The notes below the pieces were generated by a model, which was not told where the DNA came from, did not search any database, and was given only the letters and a program-made list of their open reading frames with translations. The position numbers were made by a program, and so were the translations under genes. Below, one piece after another: positions 1 to 14,178 of a stretch of 64,000 nt of DNA. The number at the start of each line of letters is the position of its first letter. Within the stretch, counting starts at the first letter, position 1. Source of the stretch: Bispira polyomma (Eukaryota); assembly GCA_965649765.1 (NCBI GenBank), contig OZ287758.1, positions 16,616,001 to 16,680,000 of the forward strand, in the 5' to 3' direction.

Positions 1-2404
1 ATTTCACAGAGACATTTTTCGATCCACACCCAGCTGAAATGGCACAATTCAAGCTAATGAAAGATGTGAAGGATGCATAATTTGACATATTGGCTCCCAA
101 TGAGGCCATTAGAAAGCACGAAACATAGATTTTGAGAGCCTTCTGGCAAATAGAATTACCCGAAAATATCAATTGTATTAGCTCAGTGGCTGGTGGGAAA
201 GCTCTGGTATTATTAGCCACTTGGTTATTTCTTGCCATTACCACTTACATATAAGAGGTTTTTGTGGATGGGTTTTAGGCCCATTATGTCTACCAATATA
301 GCATGCAACAGCCTTAGTAAATTCCAATTTAGATGAACATTTTATTCTTAATAAAATAATATTTGATACCAAGGTCATGGATAATCATATTTTAGTTTAC
401 AAACTGCCAAAATTTGATGATTATTCAAATTACTAAACAAATGAGAAACCTGACTTTAGCAGATGAGCTTTAGAAATACTCCTTATATAGCTTAAAAGAC
501 TGATCACACAATTTTCTGGACACTAATTTAGTGACATCTCGGTTGGTTATTATAGTTTTTATCACTAGGTCCACACCATTAAGAATTTTAAAAATGCTTC
601 GAGGTACGACATGGAAATATTGAAATACGTCTAAACTATAGTTAGTATATAGTACATATTCCAAAAATAATCCATAATATAGTGTTTCCTCTATTATATA
701 TTAATATTGTGCATATTTGCTGTTGTCTTATGATTGCTTTCTTTGTAATGTTCACAGGAAGATGAGCAACTTGGTTTTGCTGAACTATGTGTAGCTTGTA
801 GTAGCCTCGCCAAAAGAACCTGATTTAAATTTTTGTTTTGTTTTCACAAGTCAGTGTTTTTCTAATTGACAGGGACCTTTAGTTCTTTCTGTGCGCAAGG
901 AGAGAGGTCCTCAATATCTATTTCTATAGAGTTCTTCAATAAGAGAGGAGATCAAATGGATGCTGAGTGAGCTTGTCCTTGAGGTATTAGACCCAGGTCT
1001 CGTGTTTACTCCAGAAAAGTTACCATGTCCAACAACTCAGACTCAACTCAACAATAAAGGCTATTTAAGTCCATATGGACATCCCTATATATACAAATTA
1101 CATGTACATCTGACCATTCATTTTAATAGGGATTTGAGCCCTGATTCCAAATATGCAACCAGCTTTTGCTTAATTTTACTGTTGGCAGAGAAAGAGGGAA
1201 ATTCAGATTTCAGTTTTGGTCTGACTTGAGTTCAAGGTATTTGGAGTAGCTACAGTCACTTCAAGGATAGATTTCATAAAACATTGAGGTGAAAAACAGT
1301 CTAAAAATTCATAAACCTTTATATTTTTCAAGATGGCATGCTAAATTTAAACTTTATTACTTTTACAGTTTATATATAATAACCTGTCATACAGATTTAA
1401 GTCATAACTTAAACAGTTTGTCAGTCTTAGGTCCCACGTATTTATTTTATTCATTTTATTGCAACATATCCATCTTAAAGTAATTATACAAATCACTTTA
1501 CTTGCTGTTCATAACTAAAACGGTGTGATCATAATTTTATAATTTTACCATGCATCATCAAGATAATACACTTTCTCTATCTTTGTACTCTCACATAAAC
1601 GTATGTAAGTATCACCCACAAAAGACCCCCCCCCCCCCCCCCTCAAAAAACAAAAACAACTCTTTATTGACAGGAAGAGGATCATGCACCATTTTCAATT
1701 AATTCTAAGAAAACAGTTTACTTGGCATCTGTAAAAAAACCCAAGCCCCACAAATATGTAACCCTGGACACGTTTCAGTTGTGGGGACTAATGAAGTGAG
1801 TTTGTATTGAAGACCTGGCCCTCTGTGTGTACGTGTCACATCTAATATTAACAGTACATATACTGTATTTTTATTGCAGTCTTCAAATAAGATAAACATT
1901 AATTATTTTCTATACTGATACCATTAATGCAATTAGATGATCCCTTAAAACGTGAAAATGATATAGGTGTTGCTCTATCATTATACTCTTTACATATATA
2001 AACTTTGAATATGTAAACAAATATATACGGTATATACTTTTACATGTATATACTTGTTTACCTATTTCATCAAATATAAACTGAATAACACAACAAAATA
2101 ATGCAGTAGAACAGGTTCATCAAACCCGTTTTTTGGGTTCAAGTTTGTGTCTGGACAATTAGTACAAGAATTGTAATAAGCTTGGGAATTGTGGGGAACG
2201 AACTGTACTGTCTGTGCTGTCAGTAACCCTGTGTTGTGTCAATTTGGTTGAAGCTTGGATAAAGATCTTTGTGCATATCACGTGTGCATGTACATGGAAA
2301 GAGAAAAGTAGGAGTTTGTAGTGGGTTTTGGTTTAAATATTTAAAAGAGTAAATTAATATTAAACCAGACTTTAAATTACGTACTTTAAAGACTTGCTTT
2401 AGGA

Positions 2405-2825
2405 GGCTACCCTGATCAATAGCGTTCAAATCTGATGTATTTGGCTACCCTGATCAATAGCGTTCAAATCTGATGTATTTGGCTACCCTAATCAAGAGTT
2501 TCCATATCTGATGTATTTGGCTACCCTAATCAAGAGTTTCCATATCTGATGTATTTGGATACCATGATCAATAGTGTTCATATCTGATGTATTTGGTTAA
2601 CATGATCAATGCTGTTTATATCTGATGTATTTGGTTCCCATAATTAATAGTTTTCATATCTGATGTATTTGGTTCCCGTAATTAATAGTGTTCATATCTA
2701 ATGTGTTTGGCTACCATAAATCAATAGTTTTCATATCTGATGTCTTTGGCTATCATAAATCAAAAGTGTTTATATCTAATGTCTTTGACTATCATAAATC
2801 AATAGTTTTCATGTCCGATGTATTT
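2405..2825. repeat. 38-bp minisatellite, ~11 copies (GGCTACCCTGATCAATAGCGTTCAAATCTGATGTATTT), degrading rightwards
   Basis: Unit recurs at 2405, 2443, 2481 and onward; explains the repetitive ORF 2688..3053. Confidence 0.95.
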
Positions 2826-3059
2826 TGTTTGAACTTGGTATTAGAAGAATTAATCCGATCAAAAAGAGGAAATACATGTACAGCAAGGCTAAACAAGAAA
2901 CAAGAGGGACATTTTCTGGATTATCTGTTCAAATGTAGAACACACATATTGCTCACAAAACTTTTTTTTATTTTTTTGACAACCAAAAGTCTTGAGTCAG
3001 GCAAGTCGAAAAGATTGATTGTGTCCCAAGATGAAGTTGCTAAGAATATATGAAACTCC

Positions 3060-3735
3060 AGACAGACACTGCTGATACGGCTGAAGTGAGAAATATGTAG
3101 GTTAGGTTGACCTTTTCTCTGTTGTAAGGAAAAGGTCTACAATGTGGATTTAAACCTGAAGTCAGTTACCTTAGATATATATTTATAAAGACTGGCAATG
3201 ATCATCTCTCAAATATTTCAAATGATATATTTTATCAGTAAAATAGGTTGTACTTAGTTTTAAGTCTCCTCAATATAAAATCTTCAGATTTTGATTCATA
3301 ATGAGCAATCTGATCTTATAGATAGCTTTATTACAGACCAGACAGTTCGGGTAAGATTCATAGCCTGAGGTAATAACGAATGGCTTGGTTCACATATCAA
3401 AATTTCAATTATTTATACCATATATGGAACTTTCGACATACACTGCTGATATGGTTGAAATAAGAACTGTTTGGGATATTTTATAGGTTCTGACGAACTT
3501 TAAGTTTTGTTGTAAGGGAATTGTCTACAAATCTCAAGTCAGTTATCGCAAATATGTACTTATAAAAACTGACATTGATCATCTTTGAAATTACGTTTAC
3601 AATGATACAATTATCAAATAAAAATAGGTTTTTATTTGCATTAAAAACATGTACTTAGTTTGAAGACTTCCCAATGGACAATCGTCAGATCTCATGGATA
3701 GCTTTCATACATACCAGACAGTTATGGTAGCATAG
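3060..3735. repeat. Diverged ~300-bp direct repeat pair (3060-3355 and 3435-3735) at the 3' end of the YR retrotransposon
   Basis: Colinear shared blocks: GACA.ACACTGCTGATA, GTTGTAAGG..GTCTACAA, AAGTCAGTTA, TGATCATCT, AAAATAGGTT, GTACTTAGTTT, GATAGCTTT, ACCAGACAGTT. Confidence 0.8.
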
Positions 3736-3929
3736 GGTTATATTTGGTGGTCTGGTTTACACAGTTCCCTGGTAACAATGGAATGACCTTGAGGTAAGTA
3801 TAGAGGTGATATGAAAGATTATTGTTTTTGAAAATTTTATTCTGTACAAGTTAGTTCTATATACAAAGTGATAAAAGAGTAGTTTTAAATTTAACTTAGG
3901 TAAAATTTTAAAATATACCCAAACCCAAT

Positions 3930-4800
3930 CTAAGAGGAAGAGGAATTAATGGAAGCAAGAGTGAGTGGTACTACATCAGCTTGTGAGGAAGAAGGTTGGA
4001 GGTAAGCCCAGACAGCTGAGCTGCGCCAGAGGCCATGGGACATTATATGCTGTAGTCTATGGTCCATACCTAAATGCTGTAACACAGTTTTCAGCGCAGA
4101 TGAGAGTAAATTACTGGCAGGTGGGGTGAAGAGAAAGCTACAAAATAATGGAACAGAAAGGGAAAGATCCCTAAATTGGAGGAGCTGAGTGAGAGCTAAG
4201 ACAGGGCAGAGTAGCTTATTTTTAAGGACAGGAAGTTGTAACACATGAGTGTCTGTTCTATTTTGCATTTTTAACCCACTTGAGAATGAGATGATCCTCG
4301 GGTGGGCCAAAAACTATGTCCCGTCATAGGACATGTCTGGTTGTATCAAATTTACTTCTTGAGTGTGGAGCAATGTTTGACATCATTAAGAAGCCAAAGA
4401 ATGCCACAAGGAATACAGCCCTATACAGAAGCGGGTCATCTAATATAGAACAAGTCCTTAATATGTTTCGAAGGAATTGAATGGCAAAAATCACCCTTTT
4501 CAGGAGTTTGAATTGAAAATAGAGTGCTAAGCTCCTGAGGAACATAGACACAGTGTGGTGAGTTAAGACCTAAGTATTTAAGTTGTATTTAGAAAACATA
4601 AACTTGAGAGCAGCCACTTAGATGTTAACCACTCTAGCATAAATACTGTTCTGGGCTAGGTATTCCAGAAAAGCAAGTATAGAATGTACTGAGACTAGCT
4701 GCAGGCCTGAATAGTGCAAGAAAGCTAAGTAAGTTTTAAATTGTGAGTTATAAGCACTGGTGGTGGACGGCCTCAGTGCAGCGTCCAATCACTGTACTGC
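3930..4800 (-). pseudogene. Tyrosine recombinase remnant of the retrotransposon
   Basis: ORFs 4324..4551 and 3930..4310; the catalytic R of FGFLRxS reads M, the HSxRxG box is deleted, and the G.W.S.A...Y box is retained. Confidence 0.85.
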
Positions 4801-5579
4801 TGCCAAGGCTAGAGGTATGGTGGAGGGTGCTGCACCTGTAATTACATAACATAATTTATGTTGAAAAACTCCACATGTATGTGTTTCCAGTGGTAGTTAT
4901 TAAATTCCTTCATTATCTATGCATGGGAGGATTAGCAGAATGGATGCGTGATAGGGCATCTGCCTTAATATTTTACTTACTGCTGATGTGTTTGATTCCA
5001 TGTCCATGTCAAATGTTCCAGATGTTCCTAATACATGTTCCTAATACATGAGGCAAGAAAAGAGTCCTAAGTCTTACTAGTGTCAACAATTAACACCACA
5101 GCTAGATTATCACACCACACTGTGACTCTCTGGTGGGCCCATCCCTTACCCCATAGCCTCAAAGCTATAATAATGTTCAACATGTGTAATAGCTAAAGTT
5201 CTATTGTAACTGTTATGTAAAGGAGTGGCATATATTTCCTTGTTCCAAATGCCGCCGAAACCTGGCAGACCAGCATCTAGATGAATTATTGCATGTGTTT
5301 GATGTCCTTAGGTGAAATGTATGTAATACCATTATAGTGGGAGAAAAGATACGAACCAGGCAATATCTTCTTTACTGTTGTGAGTAATCCTTAATCTTTT
5401 GGCATGAGGGTTGTCCCTAAAGACTGAAAATTCTGGCAGGTTGTACACATTTGTGCACATAAAGAAGTTTGCCTAGCATGGATTGGTATTTGGTTCTTGA
5501 CAACCAAGATTTATCACAAATGGTGTGAAGTTCTTGACATATTTGATTAATTTTTTCTTGGTTGATACTGATAGTGCCC

Positions 5580-6090
5580 TCCTTGATATCAATGTCTTTG
5601 CCTAAGAATGTTGTAAATGTGTCAGGGAAAACTGATTTCTCATCGTTAACTGGGAGACCAAGCTTCAGAGGTATGTCGTGAAAGAGGTTGTAACCTTTGT
5701 TAGCCTTATCCTTAGTACAGACACAAACATAATCATCAAAATAACAGAAGAGTGTGAAACCCTGTTATTTTGTATAATTGACCACTATATCAGAGCAACG
5801 TTGAAATGCCGTGCCCCTGTGCACCTAGCCAAATGCAATGGCAGTGTTGACGTAGGACCTATTGTCCCAATTTATTCTCACTTTGACCGCATCAGCTGGG
5901 TCTACCTTCAGATTTATAAATCCATGGAATATATCCGTTTTGGATATTACTGGTTCATTGGTATTCCTAATTGCCTCAGTAATGTGGTCTATCATGGGGA
6001 ATCTAAGGGCAAATTTGGTTTTGTCGAAAGTGTCCCTAGGAACCTAATTGTTAACTGAGAGGTCATGTGGAAAGGATAGGTTGAGAATAA
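5580..6090 (-). pseudogene. Reverse transcriptase remnant (DIRS/Ngaro type)
   Basis: YFDD catalytic motif, K.D...F..L.V box and FG...AFQR box, with in-frame stops. Confidence 0.85.
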
Positions 6091-7499
6091 TTCTCTGCTT
6101 CTCTTGGTCCTTCGGTTTAAAAGCATGGAAGTTTGTATGCACAATTTTTGTAACTGGGCCCAATATGGCACACTTAAACTTTTCCTTTTTAAGATATTTG
6201 TTCACCTCCTAAGGGTATTGCATTGCAGAGTAATTACTGTGCACCTTGTTGTTATGTAGTAGTTTGCTTGGTTCTGATTCAGGGTCGCCAATGTGTTCCC
6301 TAGCAGGGGGCGGGAACACGAACTCGCCCATCTGACACTGATCTAAAATGGTACCATTTCTTAAAGCAGAGGGAAATCCCATATGGGTGGAGCTGTATGA
6401 TTGTCGCGACTCGACCCTGTCAAGACGTTTATTGATTTTCGAGTTTGCACTCCAATCTCTGTAATATGGTCATAACATCCCCGAGTCCAGAATGTGTAAC
6501 AACCGGGTTGGGGTGAGTGGCTGTATCATCAATTAGACCTTGTAAATTAATGGCAAGGGAATCCGAAACACTAGTTGAATAACCTGATTTCATAGTCTGT
6601 TTCTTGGTAGATGCCTGCTTTGTCCCTTTAACTGGCACACTCAGTGAGGTCTTCTTTGTACTTTTCATACTTGTAACTTTAGAAGGTAAGTAAATACACA
6701 CTATAAAATAATTTAAACCAAATTCTTATGTTAAAATTCCTAATTACCGCAGAATAACTTATTTCAATATGGTAAAAATAATGAGAGAGAAGAGAGGAGA
6801 GTATACCTAGCTTAATTAAGGTAGGGTTCAAATAAAACTATCAGACCCCTATTGGGTCTTGATGTGCATATTAAGATTTCACTTATCCTGTGATACATGT
6901 CTGATATAATTACCACTGGTGATTTATATTATATCACGGGGATCTTTGAGGTGTAGTGGTAATAGACTCGCTGTTGGCAGTAGACTTGCTGAAGCCTGAT
7001 CGTTTACCCAGAAGAAAACCTTGATTTATATCTTGTTCCGTTTTCCATTACCAGTGCAATACATATGACACAAACATTAAAGTCCCTTCCAAGAGTTTTC
7101 TAGGACTATTAACGATCATGACAGACCTCCAGCATACTATCATGATTTGTAGGTCACAGATGATCTTTAGTGACTGGGGCTATATAAGCGAGTGTGTTAT
7201 CCACTGGATTACAGTGACAGATATTTTAGAGTGATTTTGTGTCATAAATCATCACGGAAATATGTTTTCTGAGCTGGTTCTCACTTACTAAAATAGAACT
7301 GCTAGAATTTTGCTTATCTATAGTACGTGGAGTTGTTTATATCAGGTCATATTTCTATTAACTTAAGTATTATATACTGACTACTATATGGAATTGGACA
7401 GGGCCAAATAAAGAAGCTACAGAAAATTCAAAATAACCTGTGCAAAACAGTAAGCCATGCTAGCCCTCGCCTTCACACAACTCCTGTGCTTAAATAATT

Positions 7500-7760
7500 C
7501 TGTATTAAATTTAAGGTAATTGTCCCCATTTTTAAGACAGTCCATGTACATCAACCTGTCCACTTATCATCTATGCTGCCTCTCAGTAATCTCACCAGAG
7601 GTAATTGTCTTTCCACCTCTGGTTTCCTACCAAAAAAATCAGCTAGTTCAAAATGATTCTTAGTTGCAGCACCTGTTGAGTGGCATAGCCTCCCTACTAT
7701 TCTTCGGACTGAGACAAGCATCACAGGTATTAAACACATCTGTATTAGGCCGCCTTCCAA
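7500..7760 (+). mobile_element. 3' fragment of a CR1/L2-like LINE ORF2, degenerate
   Basis: Encodes F.VAAPVEWHSLPTILR, matching the L2/CR1 C-terminal F...AP..WN.LP box also seen at ~56.0 and ~61.35 kb. Confidence 0.55.
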
Positions 7761-9196
7761 CCCTAGCATTCATCTGCTGGTCACGACTGAACTGTGATCA
7801 CGAACATTTTTCCATCTACCGGACTTTCTTTTTGCACACTTATTAGGATATGCGCCAAAGAGGATGCCTGGTCATCTAAAAACATTAACATTATTAGATA
7901 TGTCCTTATCAGTCACTGAGAGTTACCACAGCATACTATTGTGCTGATAGATGTTATCTAGCAATTTATCTTTAGATATCAGTAATGTCAATGGTACTAT
8001 TCTTCTGTACATTATGTCGCAATCGAATTAACACAGATAGGTGTGCTTTGAAACTGATATAACTCTTTTTGCAATTAATTTATGTTCTGGATTTTGTTTT
8101 AAACTACTTTTTATACATGTTTGTAAAATTTATTATTTTTGGACATCTCTTTGGTTTATGTGTCGATGAATAATGCATATTTTATTCTTTATTACTTAAA
8201 TACAAACAATCTTTTTCACTGGTGTATATATTAGAGACAGCGAAGAGTTTTAAAGTAGAAATATTTGGAATTTTATAATGGAGTAAATTCTATCTGGAAT
8301 ATTAATTTTACAATGAATATTATATTTATACAAATTCTTTTAGTTCTTGCCTATCATTTTTGGTCAATACTGATTGATCATAAAATATTGTTTTGCAATT
8401 TTGCCCAATTAAATTAATAAAAAAACGCTAGTATGCGAAAGAGAAATCTATTGGTTTGTATATTTTATAAAGCCATTTGTTTAAAAGGTCAAAAATAGGA
8501 TAAACTATAATGCAGTTTGTCCAGTAAAGCCTACTAAAAGTAGTGTGTTGTTTTTAAGATCTAAAGTTTGATTAATTCTACACGATAACTAACACCTTAG
8601 AGTAAGACCACAAACTATTTTTGTGAACTGTGACAAAGATATTGATAAAACTACTTTTTAAATGACATAACAATCCTTAAGATAATTTGATTTGCCATAG
8701 CATGAAATAAAGAATTGGATCTGTCTAAAGGAAAAAATGTGGAAACTTTATTAACAGATACAATGGGTAACAAAAATCAACAATGGTGACTGAAACGTTC
8801 ATGAATTCAGGCTCTTGATGTTAATTAATACAAAACAGATCTGACAAAAAGTTAACCCCTATTCACTCGCATCCGACATCATTAGAGTGACGTAAATGTG
8901 TCCATTGTGTAAGGTCTTGTATCAGAGGGGTATTTCATTACTAAGTGACTGAACTGATGTCTAATTAAGTGAAGTATGTTTATTGACAGTACAGACCTTG
9001 TATTAAATCTAGCAGAAGTGTGTCCCATTAACTGGTTACTTTGATGTCAAGTACATCAAGGCTTTCTGTGTAGATAACTCAGATGTATATAGTTCACCAG
9101 GCAATTGGATTAAATGACAATGGACAGAAAAGCTTTGAGGAGTAATATAAGTCACAATGTATTTATCTAAGGCATATTGTGGCTAAGGATATTTAA

Positions 9197-9470
9197 ATTA
9201 CTTCCACCAGGAAGGTTATGGTTTCGCCCCTGTTTGTTTGTTTGTTTATTTATGGAAGCCAAGGTATGGGCCTATGGAACAACTTTAACCATTAAATATT
9301 GGTGCAGATCCGTATACAGCTAAGTTGGTACCCAGTACTTACTGTATAATTTGAATAATACCTATATAATACCTAAAAAAATAGATGTTTTGGTCAAATA
9401 AATTATATTTATCTGTTTTTTGATATGCTGTCAAATGGCTGCTAACCTGGAGAGGTCTAAATCTGTAGCT
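9197..9470 (+). mobile_element. Non-autonomous Helentron/HINE-like element
   Basis: Starts ATTACTTCCACCAGGAAGGTTATGGTTT followed by a (GTTT)n microsatellite and ends near GGAGAGGTCT, the usual HINE/DINE layout; a similar start occurs at ~15170. Confidence 0.5.
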
Positions 9471-10998
9471 AAAGTAAAGACCTTTTGAGTTTGTACGCCA
9501 TGATGGTGGTTTGTTCTCTTGTTATTAAAGTTTGTTTGTGTGTCTTAATTTGACATAATAAAAAAAATTGTACTGATATTTTCTTAAAATTTGCAAATAT
9601 AAGGTTAAATATTCGGCCCTCAAGGAGTATGACAAATTTGAGCTTTCTTTTCAACAATGTAGACTTAATTTATAAGTTTGTATTTCCTCCATACTGTATT
9701 CACTAAACTGCGGACAGTATTGGGCTGTCGATCATATTTGGTAAATTGGGTAACTACCCAACAATGAACTCTGATTGGCCAATGAAAGAGAATATTCATA
9801 CTCAATAGGCCTGAGAATATTCATAGGTCAAAATATATTTTTAAAATTATTAAAAAGTATTTATAAGGCACTTACTTTAAATAATTATGCTCTAAATACA
9901 TACATTGTATCTGTACATAAACCTGTATAAGTGGATAAAAAAATAAAAAGTTTTTTAAAAAGCTAGTTTGTTGTTGACAAGTGTTCAGTTAGTAGGCAAC
10001 TGTTGAATGATCTCAATGTTGCAATTGCCCCGAAGCATGACACGCTACAAGAAGGTATGGGGATGCTGTAATTGATAGTGTTGAAACTGTGTGTCAGGAT
10101 TTCGTTCTATGAAACAATGAAATATAAACACTGGCAAATGTCAGAGACTGTTCAATATCCTAATACATTCTATAATATTGGGCCCTGTTATATAACGAAA
10201 CAGGTGAGTCAAATGGCTAGAAGCTGATGGGTTGTCTGTGTGACGTCACAGCCGAAAAAAGGCAAGAGGATTATGTAATTATGGATTATCAACATCAGGC
10301 AAAGAAGGCATTTCCTGTATTTAGTTCTATTGTTAACCATGAATAAACAATTAACAAAAGTTTTTGTATTGATGAGAATTTAGCTGCCATAATTTAGGTA
10401 ATATAAGAGTGCTTGTGGTCAATAAGTTCCTTTTACACATACAACACGCATAACAGATTTACATTAGCAATCAGTTAGGTATTACAACAGATGTGTGTGG
10501 AAAAAACTATGATGTATTATTGGCATTTAGTGAGTGAAGAAGTTATATTTAATTATTAAGCTTAGCTATAGATTTTTCTGGATAGTATACTACCACCTTA
10601 TTTATATTTGAGCCAAGCACCAATAACATGGTTTCTGATTAAGTTTCTAAGGGAATCCAGGTTTTACTTTTTAATTCCATGACTTGCTGTGAAATATTTG
10701 TGTATAGATATAATATATAAAATGTAATTATAGACAACTGTACTGAAGACAGTTGAATGATCTCCCACTGCTTCCTCCATGAATGAAAGTTTGTACTGAC
10801 TGTAGGTGAACTACCTCCTTCACAAATAGTACTGGTTTCCCCCACCGTAAATGTAGCCATAACAATATGACCAAATATAACATACAAATAATATGAAAGC
10901 AAAGTCAAGCAACATTAATTCCAATTCACATTCACCCCCATCCCACCATTTTTAAAATGCCAGTGGGTTTTTTCAGATTTCTGCTATAGGTTAGTGTG

Positions 10999-11693
10999 GC
11001 CTTCGCTTCCTTTCAGCATGTTTTTCTCGGCCGACATCGGCCGATTTTATTAGTCATTATGCAAAACTACCAAGTGCTTTCTTTTAGCATATTTGCATGA
11101 GATCAGAACAGACGTCGGAGGACGTCAGTTGCCCCAACATATTTTATCAATCAGGGAGCGAAAAAAATCGGGAGGACTGTCCGATTTTGACACAAAAATG
11201 GCTACAAAAACACTGTCATAGGTATAGTTTTCATTCAATATATACTCAATATTCGTCGGATGTTGACTTTAAAAATGGCATAAAAAAGCTTATTTTATTG
11301 TGATTACTGTGCTTTTCCCTCAACAAAATCCGTTGAGAAACGGCTCAAATATTTAAGTTTATACACTTACCCCCTTTTAACTTCTATTGTGAATAATACA
11401 TCACTACAACGTCAACAAGACGTCAGTTTTGTAGCTACGTCACAGTTTAGACATAAGGAAGTAAAAATGGGCACCCTTATTTGATTGTTTATATCTGAGC
11501 TGTTTCCCAACGAATTTTGGCACAGTAATCACAAAGTAAGCTTCCTCATGCCAATTTTAAAGTCAACATCCGACGAAATTTGATTCTAACATGACACGGC
11601 AGTGTCGGCGATTTTGATTGGCCCACAGCCTCGGTAAAATTACCCGTATACCTATAAAAGGAAATAGACAAATGTGCTGAAAGAAAGCGTTGC
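10999..11693. mobile_element. MITE (PIF/Harbinger-like family) with an internal inverted repeat
   Basis: Ends GCCTTCGCTTCCTTTCAGCA ... TGCTGAAAGAAAGCGTTGC; internal IR TTCGTCGGATGTTGACTTTAAAAATGGCA (~11252) versus TGCCAATTTTAAAGTCAACATCCGACGAA (~11549); same ends as the element at 25364. Confidence 0.8.
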
Positions 11694-12307
11694 TGACTTA
11701 GGGTTTATTCTGATCCTTTATTCTGGTATCAAATATTCATCAATCCAGGTTAGTTGCTGTTTTGTGTAAAAAGCAGAAATCTAACTGGTTATAAAGACCC
11801 CACAATAAACAGGCTCCATGTTCTGTAACTGTTGTCCTTGTGTTAGCCATTCTAACAAGGTCTACTTCTTGTGTGTCAGTAAACTGTGTTTTAAAGCACT
11901 ATTTTGGCCGCTCTGCACTGCACAAGGGGCCTGTAACTGAAGGCCTGAGGGACCGGCCACTGCCCATTGAAGTGATGGTCCCAGCCCCCAGGCACTCCTT
12001 ATCTGCCTGTACCCCATTAAAGTGGTGATCTCAGCCACCAGCCACTCCGTATCTGCCTGTACCTCGGAGCCACAGGCTCGGATCGAAGCCAGGTCCTATA
12101 TCTTCTTAACCAGATGTGTTACCCACCAAGCCACAGTGACTGATGCAAAGTGTATCTGGAAAATGGATGTAGTTTATATCAGTTCTAAATTATGTTTGCT
12201 TGTGTATGGAAGCCTTGACAATAATTAGTAAATTTATCATCATTAACTCCTTCAAGACTATGTCGACACTAAAGTGTATTCACCAGTACCATGTCTGTCT
12301 ACTAATA

Positions 12308-14178
12308 GGAGCGATTTTACTATTTCCGGCTTCCTGGTTACAGAGTATTTAAGGTAGAAACGAAAATAATGGATAGGGTTGCAACTAAAATTTATAAAAG
12401 TAGAAAACATTTATAACTTTGGTGAATATTGACAGATATTAAAGGGGAATGACTACTTTACAATTTTAAATGCATTCCGAAAGCTAATTCACCAAGATAA
12501 ATCTTCAGAAGCTATTTGTTTAAGGACCTTTCTGAAATGTTCGGCCATCTTGGATTTAACAGGAAATCACCTAGTCCTATATTTTTCAAGATATCTCAAA
12601 AAATCAACAGTTCAGACCTGTTTTCATTTATACTGAAATGTCAGGCTAAGATTGATGTTTATTTTCATATATGATTTGTACGGCCAGCACTTTGCCGGAC
12701 TTAAGTATAGCCCAAAAGCTATAAGATAATGTATAGCAAAATTAATATTGGTCTCACGCCAATTTGTCTGCAAAGTTAAATAAGGTGGCAGGGTATATTT
12801 TCTCTCTTGTGAGACAATGCATTAAAAAATTCAAATGATTTTATGCTGTTTTATCACATTGTACTTTTGCAGTGGTGCAAGCTACATTTTAATCGTATAT
12901 TACGCTATTTACATTAATTTTAACAATTGTTAATGTAAAAAAATGGGGTTTGAATCCCTAGTCAGTGATGTAAAGTCGATTTAAAGAGTGTGTGAATAAA
13001 GTTTTGAGAAACAGCTTGTTTAAATCTGGTCTTGTTTGTCTTAAATTATATTACAGAAATATGAATATCATTCATAATCACCATTATTGTGTATCATATA
13101 TTTCCATATTTCACAGAATGTGTAAGAATCAGCTATAAGAACTGTTCCGATAATTAGCCGCAAAAGGTCAATTTAAACGATGTAGGGAGGCCTTCGGGTA
13201 TACACTCAAAAGTGCATTTGGAAGCAGTTTAGGTCACAGGGTACATTTTTTGAATTGATAAATTACCCCTAATTAATTTAAAAAGAGTCGATCATGCGCT
13301 TGTACATTAATTTTAACTTAATAAGAATAAAAAAGTAATATATTATTAGGAGAGTGCCTTATTTTAAGTGTACTGTAGAGTGCTGATTTACACAATGTTA
13401 CACGAGTAATAATACATAAAAATTAAGAATTATTGATAATAATGCAATAATTATGTGTTTATACAGCATGAGTATTAGTTTAAGGTCACCTTATCACGAT
13501 CTCAAGATATCAGAAGCAATGTAAGTAAGTGCCCAATGTGCCAGACTTGGGGTTTTTATTCGAATTATCTGTTCTTAAACTGTGTAGAGGAAGTCTACAG
13601 AATCTGGGATATCTTTGTCATTTGTGCCTGAAATTTCGTAATATTTGGGATATATGTATCTGAGACATTGTTATTTTGACCTATGGTGCACTCATATGTG
13701 AATTATAGTTTTGTGTGGACAATTTGGAGTGATTTTACTATTTCCGGCTTCCTGGTTACAGAGTATTTAAGGTAGAAACAAAATAATTGATAGGGTTGCA
13801 ACTAAAATTCATAAAAGTAGTAAACATTTTTAACTTTGGTGAATATTGACATATATTAAAGGGGAATGACTACTTAACAATTTTAAATGCATTTCAAAAG
13901 CTAATTCACCAAGATAAATCTTCAGAAGCTATTTGTTTAAGGACCTTTCTGAAATGTTCGGCCATCTTGGATTTAACAGGAAATCACCTAGTCCTATATT
14001 TTCCAAGATATCTCAAAAAATCAATAGTTCAGACCTGTTTTCATTTTTACTGAAATGTCAGGCTAAGATTGATGTTTATTTTCATATATGATTTGTAGGG
14101 CCAGCACTTCGCCGGACTTAAGTATAGCCCAAAAGGCTATAAGATAATGTATAGCAAAATTAATAGTGGTCTCACTGC
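12308..14178. mobile_element. Non-coding composite/LTR-like element: two 453-bp direct repeats (12308-12760, 13726-14178) around a 965-bp spacer, with an AATA target duplication
   Basis: Repeats are near-identical with few substitutions; AATA at 12304-12307 and 14179-14182; the element interrupts a 46-bp minisatellite. Confidence 0.85.

Larger units (their letters stand above)
3900..6800 (-). mobile_element. Degenerate DIRS/Ngaro-type tyrosine-recombinase retrotransposon (gag-like region, RT, RNase H, YR)
   Basis: Minus strand gives RT-like DLSFPHD...ISKTDIFHGFINLKVDPAD...AIAFG...AFQR...FCYFDDY...LGLPVNDEK...FLG (~6080-5590); RNase H-like HLDAG..GFGG...VWCDN.AVV...N.KADALSR (~5290-4945); YR-like AVFLVAFFGFLMMSNIAPHS..FD..RH, CPVLAL, HGLWRSSAVWAYL (3930-4800); multiple stops and frameshifts. 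Confidence 0.88.

Noticed and set aside
1-990. Possible exons (10-80, 758-823, 872-983) with acceptor-like ends
   Set aside because: Short, stop-containing and with no recognisable homology; a gene entering from upstream cannot be excluded
1626-1642. Poly-C tract
   Set aside because: Simple homopolymer with no associated structure
5678-6058. 126-aa plus-strand ORF
   Set aside because: Antisense to the RT remnant
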